This document shows, in pieces, positions 9,689 to 19,471 of a stretch of 64,000 nucleotides of DNA. Positions within the stretch are counted from its first letter, which is position 1; each line of letters begins with the position of its first letter. The translations under genes were made by a program, and so were the position numbers. The DNA is from a virus (lineage: Duplodnaviria; Caudoviricetes), in IMG/VR virus record IMGVR_UViG_3300025679_000005, one strand, 5' to 3'. The notes under the pieces are model-generated. The model searched no databases, had not been told where the DNA came from, and saw only the letters and a list, made by a program, of their open reading frames with translations.

Positions 9689-10312
9689 ATGAAACGACGC
9701 CTTCCAGTGGTGAGTGAGCTACGCCTGGCCTCCGAGGAACTGGCGAGCAGCTACGAGCTTCAAATACAGTCAAAGCTCAGCGATACAGGGGATTCGATCT
9801 CCTGTCGGAAGGGCTGTAGCAACTGTTGCTCCCACCCTCTGTTGCTGACGATCCTCGAAGGACTTCACATCTACCAATGGCTGGCAGAGCATCGTCTTTG
9901 GAGCGGCGCCCTGAAGAAGTCGTTGACAGAGCACTCTGATAAGACCTTAGGACTTTCCCTAGAAATATGGTTGATGAGCCGGATCCCTTGTCCGCTACTA
10001 ACAGACAAGGGCCTTTGCCAGGCCTACCCTGCCCGTCCGTTTTCCTGCAAGGTCACGTATTCCGTGGGAGATCCTGCCGAATGCGAGCCACATGCAGTGA
10101 GTTCGAGTGTCAGCCTCATCCCTAAACGGGCTATCCTCGACGCCATTGCCTCGACGGAAGCGGCTTTGTTACATCGGCACAATCTGCCTCATGTACGAGT
10201 CCCCTTGTCGACGGCCCTGCTTTATGGGGAACGCATCGTCAAAGAAGAGCTGGATCTAGAGGACTTTCAGCGTTTCCTCAGTAAGGACATCGATGCCATC
10301 AACCAAAGTTAA
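9689..10312 (+). CDS. YkgJ-like CxxCxxCC cysteine-cluster protein
   Basis: CRKGCSNCC and CPLL...LCQAYPARPFSC. Confidence 0.75.
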   Translation: MKRRLPVVSELRLASEELASSYELQIQSKLSDTGDSISCRKGCSNCCSHPLLLTILEGLHIYQWLAEHRLWSGALKKSLTEHSDKTLGLSLEIWLMSRIPCPLLTDKGLCQAYPARPFSCKVTYSVGDPAECEPHAVSSSVSLIPKRAILDAIASTEAALLHRHNLPHVRVPLSTALLYGERIVKEELDLEDFQRFLSKDIDAINQS

Positions 10313-10589
10313 GTGTCTGATCTGCTCTGGAGAGCGCAACCGATCTGCCTGTAAAGTCATTGTTTTGACCTCGGCCGAACGTTCGGTTACGCAAAATCCA
10401 CTCGATGAGTACGTTTACTGCAACCCCTGCTGGAAGATTATGAAGAATCCGTCGACTGCGTCGGATTTGATGAGCGGGATTATGCTCATGCACCTCCAGC
10501 GGCTTGGTGTAAGTAACTCGAAGGAACTGGCTGCCAAGTACAAGGCTGGCCTTTTGCGTGGGATTACCGATGCCTCAAATGAAAGTTGA
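10293..10589 (+). CDS. Hypothetical protein with two CxxC motifs
   Basis: CLIC...CNPC. Confidence 0.5.
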   Translation: MPSTKVKCLICSGERNRSACKVIVLTSAERSVTQNPLDEYVYCNPCWKIMKNPSTASDLMSGIMLMHLQRLGVSNSKELAAKYKAGLLRGITDASNES

Positions 10590-11211
10590 CGAAGTCATAG
10601 AGCAGATGCGTCAAATCCGCGAGAAGAGCGGTGAAGCCGCCTTCATCTCTGCTCGGGACAGCCTCGTGAGGATGCTGGTCAACACACCTAGGGGTGAGGA
10701 CTTTCTGAAGACGGTGTTCCCGGACTTGGATCTGGAACCTTACAAGGGGCAAGCTTCTGCCACCGATGAGAGCATGATGGCAGCTCTTCGGGCCAAGACT
10801 CCGAATCTGAAGACGAAGATGCAAATGCAGCTCCTGGTGACGGGCGCTGACGCCTACATGTTGGCCATGGATTGCCTGTTTGCTGGCAAGAAGGAAGAAG
10901 CCAAGCAGGCTATGAATGCTGTCATTGCTATCTGGGATGCCACTGAAAAGGCCACCGAGATCAGCGAGAAAGTAGCTGAGATCCCGGCAGAAGAACGTAG
11001 CGCCTCCGCCTCGGAGTTCGTGGATGCTCCCGATCAAGAGGAATACACGTACACTCAACTTATGTACGAAATGGCCCTGATCACCAGCAAGGAAGCTTTG
11101 GAGATCTGGTATCGGGACAAGCGCCAGGAGATGGAGAAGCTTCGGTCCCCAAAGTACCGCAATGGATTCTTCGATCGTATCCGTGACTTGAAGGGGTCAT
11201 TTTCTAACTGA
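10570..11211 (+). CDS. Hypothetical helical protein
   Basis: ORF in operon context. Confidence 0.6.
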   Translation: MPQMKVDEVIEQMRQIREKSGEAAFISARDSLVRMLVNTPRGEDFLKTVFPDLDLEPYKGQASATDESMMAALRAKTPNLKTKMQMQLLVTGADAYMLAMDCLFAGKKEEAKQAMNAVIAIWDATEKATEISEKVAEIPAEERSASASEFVDAPDQEEYTYTQLMYEMALITSKEALEIWYRDKRQEMEKLRSPKYRNGFFDRIRDLKGSFSN

Positions 11212-11214
11212 AAG

Positions 11215-11715
11215 ATGGATATGGAAAATCAAATCTGCATCGGCCTATTCGGTACTTGCGACAAGATACGCTGGCGAGACCCCTTCATGGCCGCCTACGA
11301 TGCCAAGGGAGTCTCGTACTTCAACCCTATGGTCGACAACTGGCATCCAGGCATGGTCCCATTGGAAGCCCAGCACCTCGCTGAGGACCCGATCATTCTC
11401 TTCCCAATCCTCAAGGACTCCTACGGCCTGGGCTCGTTATCCGAGGTTGGCTTTGGACCCCTGAGGGCTCTACGTCAGAACAAGTACCGCTCCTTCGTGG
11501 TACTCATCGACGATGACGTGACCGATGCCCTCAAGGCAGATGCACTTCGTGCCAAGGATTCGACTAGGGGTCGGGCTCTCGTCAAAGGACATCTCAAGAA
11601 CATGGGCATGTCCAACCTTTACCTGGTGGAGACTCTAGACCAGATGCTGGAGACCAGCCTGAAGCTCCACAAGATTCACTCGAACTTGGAAGAACTTCAG
11701 GCTCTTCGAGCGTGA
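11215..11715 (+). CDS. Nucleoside 2-deoxyribosyltransferase-like protein
   Basis: IGLFGTC...WRD...YFNPMVDNW...E pattern. Confidence 0.55.
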   Translation: MDMENQICIGLFGTCDKIRWRDPFMAAYDAKGVSYFNPMVDNWHPGMVPLEAQHLAEDPIILFPILKDSYGLGSLSEVGFGPLRALRQNKYRSFVVLIDDDVTDALKADALRAKDSTRGRALVKGHLKNMGMSNLYLVETLDQMLETSLKLHKIHSNLEELQALRA

Positions 11716-11912
11716 TCCATCTTCGAAAAGATGGCCGTCGTGCCAAGATCCCTACGACTTGGTGCGGCGCCGATCCAACCTTAGAGATAGCGGTGCGTCA
11801 GGACGCCAAAGTTACATGCCTGAAGTGTCTTACCACTCTGAGCAGCTTTATTCTTGAGGCTGTTGAGAATGGTGAGCGTTTCCTCGCTACCTTTCCCGAA
11901 AGCAACCCATGA
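11712..11912 (+). CDS. Small hypothetical protein
   Basis: GTGA/ATGA-coupled on both sides. Confidence 0.45.
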   Translation: MIHLRKDGRRAKIPTTWCGADPTLEIAVRQDAKVTCLKCLTTLSSFILEAVENGERFLATFPESNP

Positions 11913-13255
11913 TCGAAATAGATAAAATACGAGCAGTCAACCACATCCTCGTCCATGACAATTGTTCGGACGGGACTGCCAGCGCTATGATCCTCAGGAA
12001 CGTCCTACCCAATGTGAAGGTCACCTTCATGCAGTACGAGACGGAAGCCCACAAGACGCTGGATCCAGAGCCTGGGCAGCTCTTCTGCGATCTCAGCCCC
12101 CACAGGGACCGTTACAAGGCCTTCTTGGAGGCCGGCGCCATCGTGCTTGACCATCACAAGACCGCCAAAGGCGTTGTTATGCCCTTCGTGGAGGCGGGCT
12201 TGGGAGCTTTCGGAGACGAAATAGCTAACCCAGGAGTGTGCGGGGCGGTATTGGCCTTTAGTGAGGTCTGGTCCGTCGTCAATGCTGACGAAATACTTCG
12301 GGAACATGTCGCCGACTTCTTGGAGGGGGCTCAAGACCTCCTAGATGAGGCGGAGACTGAAGCGGACCTGCTGTCTGTTCGGACGCTTCTGCTGGGCAAA
12401 AATGGGCCTATGACTGGGATTCTGAAAAGTTTGGGGACTGTGCTCGCCCCTAAGCGGGCTGAAATAGGCACCACAGTCAATGCTGCTAGGGATCACGTGG
12501 AAGCGCTATACAACCACCATCGAACCCGGATGCTGGGAATGCCCTATGGGGACACCCCTAGTACATACGGCCGAGGGACTTCAGGTGTAGTCCGCGTCAT
12601 GCAAGAACTCGCCACGTTGGCGGGCATCCGCGACACCTGGCAGAAGCAGGACCCACGGTTCCGCGAAGCCTGTGAGCAAGCTGACGCCCTGCATTGGTGG
12701 CCTTGGGAGAAAATAGACGGCACCAACTGGAGGGACTGGTCCAAACACCTGCTGGAAATAGGCCCGGTGCTCTACAATCGTAGCCTCAAGCACGTCGACA
12801 AGGCGATTGCAGGATCCTACAAGTTCACTTCAGAGAAGGGTCGCAAGGTCACGGTGTTCGAAGGCACGAAGCCGACCTCGGACGCAGCTGAGAAGATGGG
12901 AGCCGACAACGATTTGACGATCGGTTTCGCCCTGTTCGTGGAAGACGGTAAGCAGAAGATGATCTTCTCCACCCGTTCCCGAGGGGACTTCGATTGTAGC
13001 GCCTTTGCCGCCGCTTACGGTGGGGGTGGGCACACCAAAGCTGCCGGCTTCAGCCGTGACCTCAAGCCCCTGGACTTGCAGCCCTTCGCCCTGATTCAGC
13101 GCCTGTTCGAGATCTACGAGGGTCTGGAGGCCGATTGGAAGGTCCTGTTCAACTCCGAGGAGTACAAGAACAAGACCTTACCCAAAGACACCTACCAGAA
13201 GATGGTTACGAAGTACCTCGATGACCGGTTTGGGTCTTCAAGGATTACCCTCTGA
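11909..13255 (+). CDS. DHH/DHHA1-family phosphoesterase with an internal PheRS-alpha-N-like insert
   Basis: HDNCSDG, LDHH, STRS...GGGGHTKAAGF; insert RTLLLGKNGPMTGILKSLG...IGTTVNAAR. Confidence 0.8.
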   Translation: MIEIDKIRAVNHILVHDNCSDGTASAMILRNVLPNVKVTFMQYETEAHKTLDPEPGQLFCDLSPHRDRYKAFLEAGAIVLDHHKTAKGVVMPFVEAGLGAFGDEIANPGVCGAVLAFSEVWSVVNADEILREHVADFLEGAQDLLDEAETEADLLSVRTLLLGKNGPMTGILKSLGTVLAPKRAEIGTTVNAARDHVEALYNHHRTRMLGMPYGDTPSTYGRGTSGVVRVMQELATLAGIRDTWQKQDPRFREACEQADALHWWPWEKIDGTNWRDWSKHLLEIGPVLYNRSLKHVDKAIAGSYKFTSEKGRKVTVFEGTKPTSDAAEKMGADNDLTIGFALFVEDGKQKMIFSTRSRGDFDCSAFAAAYGGGGHTKAAGFSRDLKPLDLQPFALIQRLFEIYEGLEADWKVLFNSEEYKNKTLPKDTYQKMVTKYLDDRFGSSRITL

Positions 13256-13584
13256 TTCTTCATCGGCAGTAGCTCCGATGAAGATCTCCACCTCCATTCC
13301 CCGGATCTTGTTGAACAGGACGGGGTCTGGGGGCGGGATGTATTTGACGATCGGGTGCAGTTTACAACCCTCGTCCTGGCAAACTGAGGCCTCATCGTCC
13401 AGGGCATTGGGGTTGAAGATGCGAAGCTCCGCTTCTTATTGCTAGCCGTGAACCCCACCATCTCCCAATCAGCCCCCTCTGGAGGAACTGGATCAGAGGG
13501 TAGCGTATCGTATGAATCACCATCCCGATCCATGTACTCATGGTAGAGACTGCCGTGGGTTGTCTTGTATTCGTACTGTGTCAT
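13192..13584 (-). CDS. Hypothetical protein; 3' part possibly frameshifted
   Basis: ATG preceded by GGA; a protein-like alternative frame begins near 13430. Confidence 0.35.
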   Translation of the reverse strand: MTQYEYKTTHGSLYHEYMDRDGDSYDTLPSDPVPPEGADWEMVGFTASNKKRSFASSTPMPWTMRPQFARTRVVNCTRSSNTSRPQTPSCSTRSGEWRWRSSSELLPMKNQRVILEDPNRSSRYFVTIFW

Positions 13585-13628
13585 TTCCTATCCTAACGGC
13601 TAGATGCCGGCGGGGATAAGGGGTTGCC

Positions 13629-13832
13629 TCACCAAAGAGGCTTCCCCTCGATGTGGGCAACGGCCAGGGTAGGGTGTCCACAATGGGCCTCGTTCTCCCA
13701 AACCAGTGTACCCTCAGTGCCCCTGGAAAATACATATTTTGGGTAGCGATACTCGATGGATTCCAAAGCCGCTGTGACACTGCTGTAGAAAGCAGAGTCC
13801 TGCTTACCTTCCATGTACTTGATCTGATACAT
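13629..13832 (-). CDS. Small hypothetical protein
   Basis: Starts right after the Ku stop codon. Confidence 0.45.
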   Translation of the reverse strand: MYQIKYMEGKQDSAFYSSVTAALESIEYRYPKYVFSRGTEGTLVWENEAHCGHPTLAVAHIEGKPLW

Positions 13833-13833
13833 C

Positions 13834-14622
13834 TTATTTCTTGCTCTTCTTCGGCGAGGTCTTCTTGGCGTCGTTCAAGCTCATCTTCAAGGCGTCGAAG
13901 AGGTCGACGATGGTTGCCTGGGTGGAGGTTGTGACGACGCTGATCTCCTTGCCGGCGACCTTCTCCTCGACAGCGGCCTTGACCGCCTTGGCGTACTCAT
14001 CCTCGTACCGGTGGGACTCGAACGCCTTGGAGGTGAGGTGGGCCACCAGCTTCTCAGCCAGCTCCATCTCAGAGGGCGTCACCAGGCAGGGGATGACCGT
14101 GACTTCCTCGAAGTTCCGGACCTCATTGGCGTAGAACAGGACCTGAACCACCAGGCGATCCCCGTACGGGCGAAGGGCAACCAGGTGCTCCTTACCCTTG
14201 GTGCTCCACTTGGCGATGGCGACGACGCCCTTCTTCTTCATGACCTGGGCCAGGAGGCAATAGCCCTTGTCGCCACCCTTGTCGGGGCCGCAGTAATAGG
14301 ACTTATCGACCTGAATTTGGTCAATATCGGAGGCGGGGACGAATTCCTGAATGGTGATCGTCTTGGTCGAAGGCAGAGCCAGAGTGTCCAGTTCATCGCT
14401 GGTGAAGGTCACGAACTGGCTTTTGGCGAATTCGTAGCCCTTGAGTAAGGAATCGTACTCGACCACATCTCCGGTCACGGAATCGACGTTCTGCTGCTTA
14501 ATGCGATTTTTGGAGGGGGTCAGGAGGTTGAATTTGAGGGCCTCGTCCGAAGCCGAAACGTACAGCTTCACTGGAACGGAAACTAGACCGAAAACGATAG
14601 AGACACTGGCAGTCGAGCGCAT
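13834..14622 (-). CDS. ku: Ku DNA end-binding protein (prokaryotic/phage type)
   Basis: IVFGLVSVPVKLY, LLKGYEF, DKSYY, GKEHLVALRP, TIVDLFDALKMSL plus a basic tail. Confidence 0.92.
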   Translation of the reverse strand: MRSTASVSIVFGLVSVPVKLYVSASDEALKFNLLTPSKNRIKQQNVDSVTGDVVEYDSLLKGYEFAKSQFVTFTSDELDTLALPSTKTITIQEFVPASDIDQIQVDKSYYCGPDKGGDKGYCLLAQVMKKKGVVAIAKWSTKGKEHLVALRPYGDRLVVQVLFYANEVRNFEEVTVIPCLVTPSEMELAEKLVAHLTSKAFESHRYEDEYAKAVKAAVEEKVAGKEISVVTTSTQATIVDLFDALKMSLNDAKKTSPKKSKK

Positions 14623-14713
14623 GGGGCAGATTCCTTTTGAGGGGTTGATGCCCTATCTAACGGATCCTCCCTGGGGAAGTTAAGGGCGCTAGGGTATTTA
14701 TCGCCAAGCTCCT

Positions 14714-15721
14714 GTGATGTCGTGCATTTGCCCAAGCTGCGGCTCTGATCTGACCTACGATGACGGTAGGGATGCCTGGACGTGCCTTAGCTGCGGCTTC
14801 TTGGGGCCGAATGACTCTGTGTGCCCCAAGCCTGGGGACGACCAGTCCTATAAATGGACCGGCCCGGATGCTGACGGGTTCTACAGAGTCAACACTGCCG
14901 CCGTTCGTAGGGTCGTGGCCAAGTACAAAGAGAAGAAGAAGAACCCGAATGGCGGCGACCCAATTTACCTCTACTCGGAGGGGGACGTAACCAAGCGAAA
15001 TAAAGCCAAGGCTGAGCGGCTTGAAAAGCTCTCGGGCAACATCGAAAAGCTTCGTACTCAGTACAGGAAAGACCTGAAGTCTGATGACCTAAAGACAGCT
15101 TTGGTTAGCCTGGCCGTCGCCCTCATCGACGAAACGGCGGAACGTGTCGGCGGCGTTGAGAGCACCAAGGGGGACAACGAAGATGGCAAGCCTCATTATG
15201 GTGTGACTACATGGAAGAAGAGTCATGTCCGCTTCAAGGGATCCGGAGCTACCATAGCCTATGTGGGTAAGAGTGGCGTTCCACAGAAAAAGCAAGTGAC
15301 AGACAAGGCTATCGTAACAGCGCTTCGTAAGGCTCATAAAGAATGCTCTGGAGAGGATCTATTCTGTCATGACGAGGTGACCATAGACGCTTCAAAGGTG
15401 AACGCCTACCTCAAGGACCTGGACCTAGGAATCACGGCGAAGGATCTTCGCGGATTTCATGCAAATTTTGCGATGAAGGAAGAACTCAAGAAGGCCCGAG
15501 CCAAGGGCGGCAAGCTTCCCACTGACAAGAAGGAAAGGGAAGACAAACTCAAAAAAGAGTTCAAGTCTTGCTTAGAGATCGTCGCAAAAGAGGTCGGAGG
15601 TCATACCGTTTCGACGCTCCAAAATCAGTACTTAGTCGACTCCATCGAAGAGGATTACCTGAAGGATGGGTCTGTCGGTGCTAAGATGACTGCTTCAGTC
15701 ATGTCTAGGTTCAGGGGTTGA
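14714..15721 (+). CDS. DNA topoisomerase IB (bacterial/poxvirus type); start uncertain
   Basis: Catalytic R-K-R-H-Y residues: ERVG, YVGKSG, TAKDLRG, GGHT...NQYL. Confidence 0.85.
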   Translation: MMSCICPSCGSDLTYDDGRDAWTCLSCGFLGPNDSVCPKPGDDQSYKWTGPDADGFYRVNTAAVRRVVAKYKEKKKNPNGGDPIYLYSEGDVTKRNKAKAERLEKLSGNIEKLRTQYRKDLKSDDLKTALVSLAVALIDETAERVGGVESTKGDNEDGKPHYGVTTWKKSHVRFKGSGATIAYVGKSGVPQKKQVTDKAIVTALRKAHKECSGEDLFCHDEVTIDASKVNAYLKDLDLGITAKDLRGFHANFAMKEELKKARAKGGKLPTDKKEREDKLKKEFKSCLEIVAKEVGGHTVSTLQNQYLVDSIEEDYLKDGSVGAKMTASVMSRFRG

Positions 15722-15727
15722 GACGCC

Positions 15728-16786
15728 GTGCCCAGCAAACTGACCATTGAAGAGATGAGATCCTTGGCCTCAGCTAAGGGTGGTAAGTGTCTGTCTTCGG
15801 AATACTCTAGTAATCGTGTCAAGCTATTGTGGACGTGCCATAAAGGGCATGAGTGGCTAGCTAAGCCCCAACACATAAAGGCCGGGAGTTGGTGCCCTAA
15901 CTGCGCGTCTAATGCACCCGTATCTATTGAGGATGCTCGTAAGGCAGCGACATACAACAATGGTGAGTGCCTATCTGATAGTATTCTAACTTCCAACCCT
16001 ATTCTTAAATGGAGGTGCGCTAAAGGACATGAGTGGGAAGGCTACTTAGGTAAAGTTCGTCGCGGTGAATGGTGCCCCCGCTGTGCTGGGAAACGGAATA
16101 CCTTGGATGATATGCAAGAATTGGCCGCATTATATGGCGGAAAATGCGTATCTCAAAAGTATGCCCCTAATACTAAGCTTAATTGGAAATGTCAATATGA
16201 GCACACATGGACGGCTTATCCCTATGTGCTAAAGCAGGGTTCATGGTGCCCCATTTGTGCTGGGCGTGGTAGTACCATCGAGGACATGCAGAGGCTTGCC
16301 CATGCAAATGGGGGGTGGTGCCTCTCGACTAAGTACATTACATGTCAGAAACATTTAACATGGCAGTGTGCTAATAAGCATATTTGGTCCACAGCACCTC
16401 TGACTATACGTCACGGGGCGTGGTGTCCGGAGTGTAAGCAGAACAAGCGAGAACGTGCTTGCAGGGCAGTATTTGAGACCTTGTTTCAGACTACTTTTGC
16501 GAAAGCCCGCCCACCTTGGCTTCGCAACTCTCGTGGAAACATGATGGAATTAGACGGATACTCTAATTCTCTCGCTATTGCCTTCGAGTACCAGGGATTT
16601 CAGCATTACGAACAATGCTATTGGCATTCAGGGCCTGAGGATTTCGCTTGGCAGCAGCAAAAAGATCAGGAGAAACGTCTTTTATGTAAAGCCAATGGGG
16701 TCACTTTAATCGAGGTGCCTTGGCATACAAAGGATATCACGGCTTTCATTCGGGGGCAGACTCTGGGCCTAGCAAAGGCTTCTTGA
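15728..16786 (+). CDS. Putative homing endonuclease: tandem zinc-ribbon repeats plus a PD-(D/E)XK/Vsr-like domain
   Basis: Four GG.CLS..Y...L.W.C..GH.W...WCP.C repeats; C-terminal MELDGY...IAFEYQGFQHY; AT-richer than flanks. Confidence 0.75.
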   Translation: MPSKLTIEEMRSLASAKGGKCLSSEYSSNRVKLLWTCHKGHEWLAKPQHIKAGSWCPNCASNAPVSIEDARKAATYNNGECLSDSILTSNPILKWRCAKGHEWEGYLGKVRRGEWCPRCAGKRNTLDDMQELAALYGGKCVSQKYAPNTKLNWKCQYEHTWTAYPYVLKQGSWCPICAGRGSTIEDMQRLAHANGGWCLSTKYITCQKHLTWQCANKHIWSTAPLTIRHGAWCPECKQNKRERACRAVFETLFQTTFAKARPPWLRNSRGNMMELDGYSNSLAIAFEYQGFQHYEQCYWHSGPEDFAWQQQKDQEKRLLCKANGVTLIEVPWHTKDITAFIRGQTLGLAKAS

Positions 16787-18435
16787 TGCCCAGCAAACGA
16801 ATAGTAAATCGCTACCTTACGGCTCTTGCCTCTGTGAGAACGGCCTCAGTCTTAACTAAGGGGTGGATCTTAGGCTTGAGGAGGGGTTGGCTAAAGGTCT
16901 GGGAGCGTCATCCCCGGGACTGGCACGGCATCCACGAAGGGTTCCGGACCCTCAAGCAGTTCTTGCTCAATCTCAAGGAGCAGCTCTTCTATGCCCGTCG
17001 TGGACCCTACACGGGTACTCAGACGATGACTGAGGGGAAGAAGGTCTCGGACCTGATTGACCAGCTTCTACGGGAAGTCTCAGACGAGAGCAGCAAAGCA
17101 GATCATTGGGACAGCACTGCCAATGGCAGGAACATCCTTCCAGGCTTCCGTCAAGAAGACGGCGAGCACATGTATAGCCTCTACAAGAACAGCTTCTTCG
17201 AGACGGCTGGCGGTAAGGATATGCTTGTCACGTTCGATAAGCTTCTGAAGCTTCTACGGGAAGACGCTCAAAGGGTTGTCGACCACGATACGAAGACTCC
17301 AGAGGATCCGTTCCAAGACACCTCCGTCTACAAGGAATTCGACCTCTACGGGATGAAGGTCGTGGTGGACGACCGCACTGTGACTCCTACCGAGATCAAG
17401 CAATACATCAAGTTCCTGGACGAGGCCCATGCCCGTATGAAGATCAAGGGCTTTGCCAAAGCCTGGTATGGAACGGTCTTCATATCTTGTGAATCATGTG
17501 GGGGAGAGAATTCGAACGGGGCCGACTTGGGGGTTGCTGGCGACTACCGCATAGGTCAGGACACCGTCCAGGTCTACAATCGTCCCGGCCGATTCGTCGT
17601 CGAGTTGATGGCTCACGAGCTGGGACACCGGTACTGGTACAAGCAGATGTCCTCTGGCCAGCGGGAGAAGTTCCGGGCCTTGATCAGGGTCCGCAAGGGT
17701 CCTAAGCCAGAATGGCGAGAGAAGAAGAAGTACCCTGACGAGGGCAAGTGGGCGGTTGACAAGGCTGTAACCCCTCTACGGGAGGCCCTGAAGGACTTCG
17801 CTGGGGAACGACCCAAGTGGTGGAAGGATGCCTACACCAAATTCGAGACGTTGATTCCAAACCTCGCTTGGGATATGAACAACACCGTCCTCGATGCAAT
17901 GCACAAGCCAGGTGCGAATGCAACCATCAACGCTGAGGTCAAGGGTCTGTTTGATGACGCTCTGAAAGCTAGGGGAGAACTCCTCAGGGCTTGCCAGAAC
18001 ATGTCAGAGGGTATCCTCGACCCTCTGCACAAAGAGCCAGAGCCGGCGAAGCGTCCCAAGAGCCTGGACAAGTATTGGTGGGGCGTGTTCGATAAGGCTC
18101 GTGACAACTGGATCAAAGAGATCGAGCAGAAGATCGAAGCGGTTGTCACCACAGCCTACATCTACATTGACGCCTCGGTGGAGGCCTTCAACAAGGCTGA
18201 AGCCGACCGAGTTGAGCAGGCCACGAAGAAGTGGGAGACGGAGCTGGATGGCGATCCACGTTCGGTTCTTCCTGTCTCGGATTACGGCGGAAGTAACATT
18301 TCGGAGGCATTCGCTGAAGTCTTTGCCTATTATGTGATGGACAAGGACATGAGTCGTGATCAAATTGAATCCTTCAAGTCCATCCTCCCATCTTTGAAAG
18401 CTGCCTCAATTGTGGCTAGGTTCTTGGCTGGTTGA
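16786..18435 (+). CDS. Putative zincin metallopeptidase-domain protein
   Basis: AHELGH (HExxH) and distal SDYG...EAFAEVF; start overlaps the upstream TGA. Confidence 0.6.
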   Translation: MPSKRIVNRYLTALASVRTASVLTKGWILGLRRGWLKVWERHPRDWHGIHEGFRTLKQFLLNLKEQLFYARRGPYTGTQTMTEGKKVSDLIDQLLREVSDESSKADHWDSTANGRNILPGFRQEDGEHMYSLYKNSFFETAGGKDMLVTFDKLLKLLREDAQRVVDHDTKTPEDPFQDTSVYKEFDLYGMKVVVDDRTVTPTEIKQYIKFLDEAHARMKIKGFAKAWYGTVFISCESCGGENSNGADLGVAGDYRIGQDTVQVYNRPGRFVVELMAHELGHRYWYKQMSSGQREKFRALIRVRKGPKPEWREKKKYPDEGKWAVDKAVTPLREALKDFAGERPKWWKDAYTKFETLIPNLAWDMNNTVLDAMHKPGANATINAEVKGLFDDALKARGELLRACQNMSEGILDPLHKEPEPAKRPKSLDKYWWGVFDKARDNWIKEIEQKIEAVVTTAYIYIDASVEAFNKAEADRVEQATKKWETELDGDPRSVLPVSDYGGSNISEAFAEVFAYYVMDKDMSRDQIESFKSILPSLKAASIVARFLAG

Positions 18436-18438
18436 GCT

Positions 18439-18645
18439 ATGCCGAAAAGATACACAATCGAGGATATGCAAGCGCTGGCGATTAGCCGGGGTGGGTCCTG
18501 TCTTAGCCCCACTTATCTAGCAAAGAAGCATTTACATTGGAAGTGCTCAGAAGGACATGAGTTGGAAGACCAAAGCTCTCGACAATTCCGACTACATCTA
18601 GGTCTGTCATTTCAAATACTCACGTCACCACCAGCAGCTCTTTGA
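18439..18645 (+). pseudogene. Truncated remnant of a zinc-ribbon homing endonuclease, paralogous to 15728-16786
   Basis: MPKRYTIEDMQALAISRGGSCLS...WKCSEGH matches the first repeat of 15728; similarity is lost after ~42 aa. Confidence 0.7.
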
Positions 18646-19471
18646 TGGCGCCTCGGCCATCGCCCTTGGAGTTGATGTTTCTACGGGCCATGATCTCCCG
18701 GATCTCGTAGGCTTGATACAGCTCACGGACCAGAGGCGTGTCCGAGTTCGAGAGGACGACTTTGACCTCCCGGTCGGCAAGCTCGTGGACGACATTGGCA
18801 AGGCGCTTCTGAGCTTCGAGCCCGAAGCCCACCTCTGTGTACGAGGCGAAGTTCGAGGTGATGTTCAGCGGCACGTAGGGCGGATCGAAGTAGACGAGGT
18901 CGCCCTTCTTCGCTACCTCTAGCTTATCTTCGAAGTCTCCGTTGTTGATCCAGGTGTCTTGCAGTGCCCGATGACAGGCGAGGATGTTCTCCTCGATGAA
19001 GAGAGTGGGTGGAGTCTTGTAGGACCCAAAAGGGACATTGAAGGATCCACTCTTGTTGACTCGGTAAAGCCCGTTGAAACCATTCCGGTTGAGGTAGATC
19101 ATCCTTGCGGCTCGGGCCACGTCAGATAGTTCCTTGGGGACCAAGGCCCGTTGGGCAAGGAACACGTCCTTGGATCCGCTCTTCATCTTCCCCAAGGCAT
19201 CCATCAGCGCCTTGGGGTCGTCCCGAACCACTCGATAGCAGGTGATGAGTTCGGTGTTCCAGTCGTTGATCCAGCCTTCCTTGAAGGCCTTCTTGCCTGC
19301 TAGGTGCCAGAACATGGCCCCACCCCCAACGAACGGCTCGAAATAGGTGTCGATGCTCTCTGGGAACGACTTGACTATTTCAGGGATGAGCTTGGACTTC
19401 CCCCCTACCCATTTCAGGAAAGGGCGTGGAATTGAGCTTATTTCAGGGAGGAATTCGGTCAAACTTGACAT
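18620..19471 (-). CDS. dam: DNA adenine methyltransferase (Dam/D12 class)
   Basis: PFLKWVGGK, YFEPFVGGGA, NRNGFNGLYRVN, DPPY. Confidence 0.93.
   Translation of the reverse strand: MSSLTEFLPEISSIPRPFLKWVGGKSKLIPEIVKSFPESIDTYFEPFVGGGAMFWHLAGKKAFKEGWINDWNTELITCYRVVRDDPKALMDALGKMKSGSKDVFLAQRALVPKELSDVARAARMIYLNRNGFNGLYRVNKSGSFNVPFGSYKTPPTLFIEENILACHRALQDTWINNGDFEDKLEVAKKGDLVYFDPPYVPLNITSNFASYTEVGFGLEAQKRLANVVHELADREVKVVLSNSDTPLVRELYQAYEIREIMARRNINSKGDGRGAIKELLVVT

Noticed and set aside
8490-9692. 400-aa plus-strand ORF
   Set aside because: Antisense shadow of tnpB with no recognisable motifs
13254-13445. Programmed frameshift in ORF 13192-13584
   Set aside because: An alternative protein-like frame exists but no slippery heptamer or stimulatory structure is evident; a simple indel is more likely
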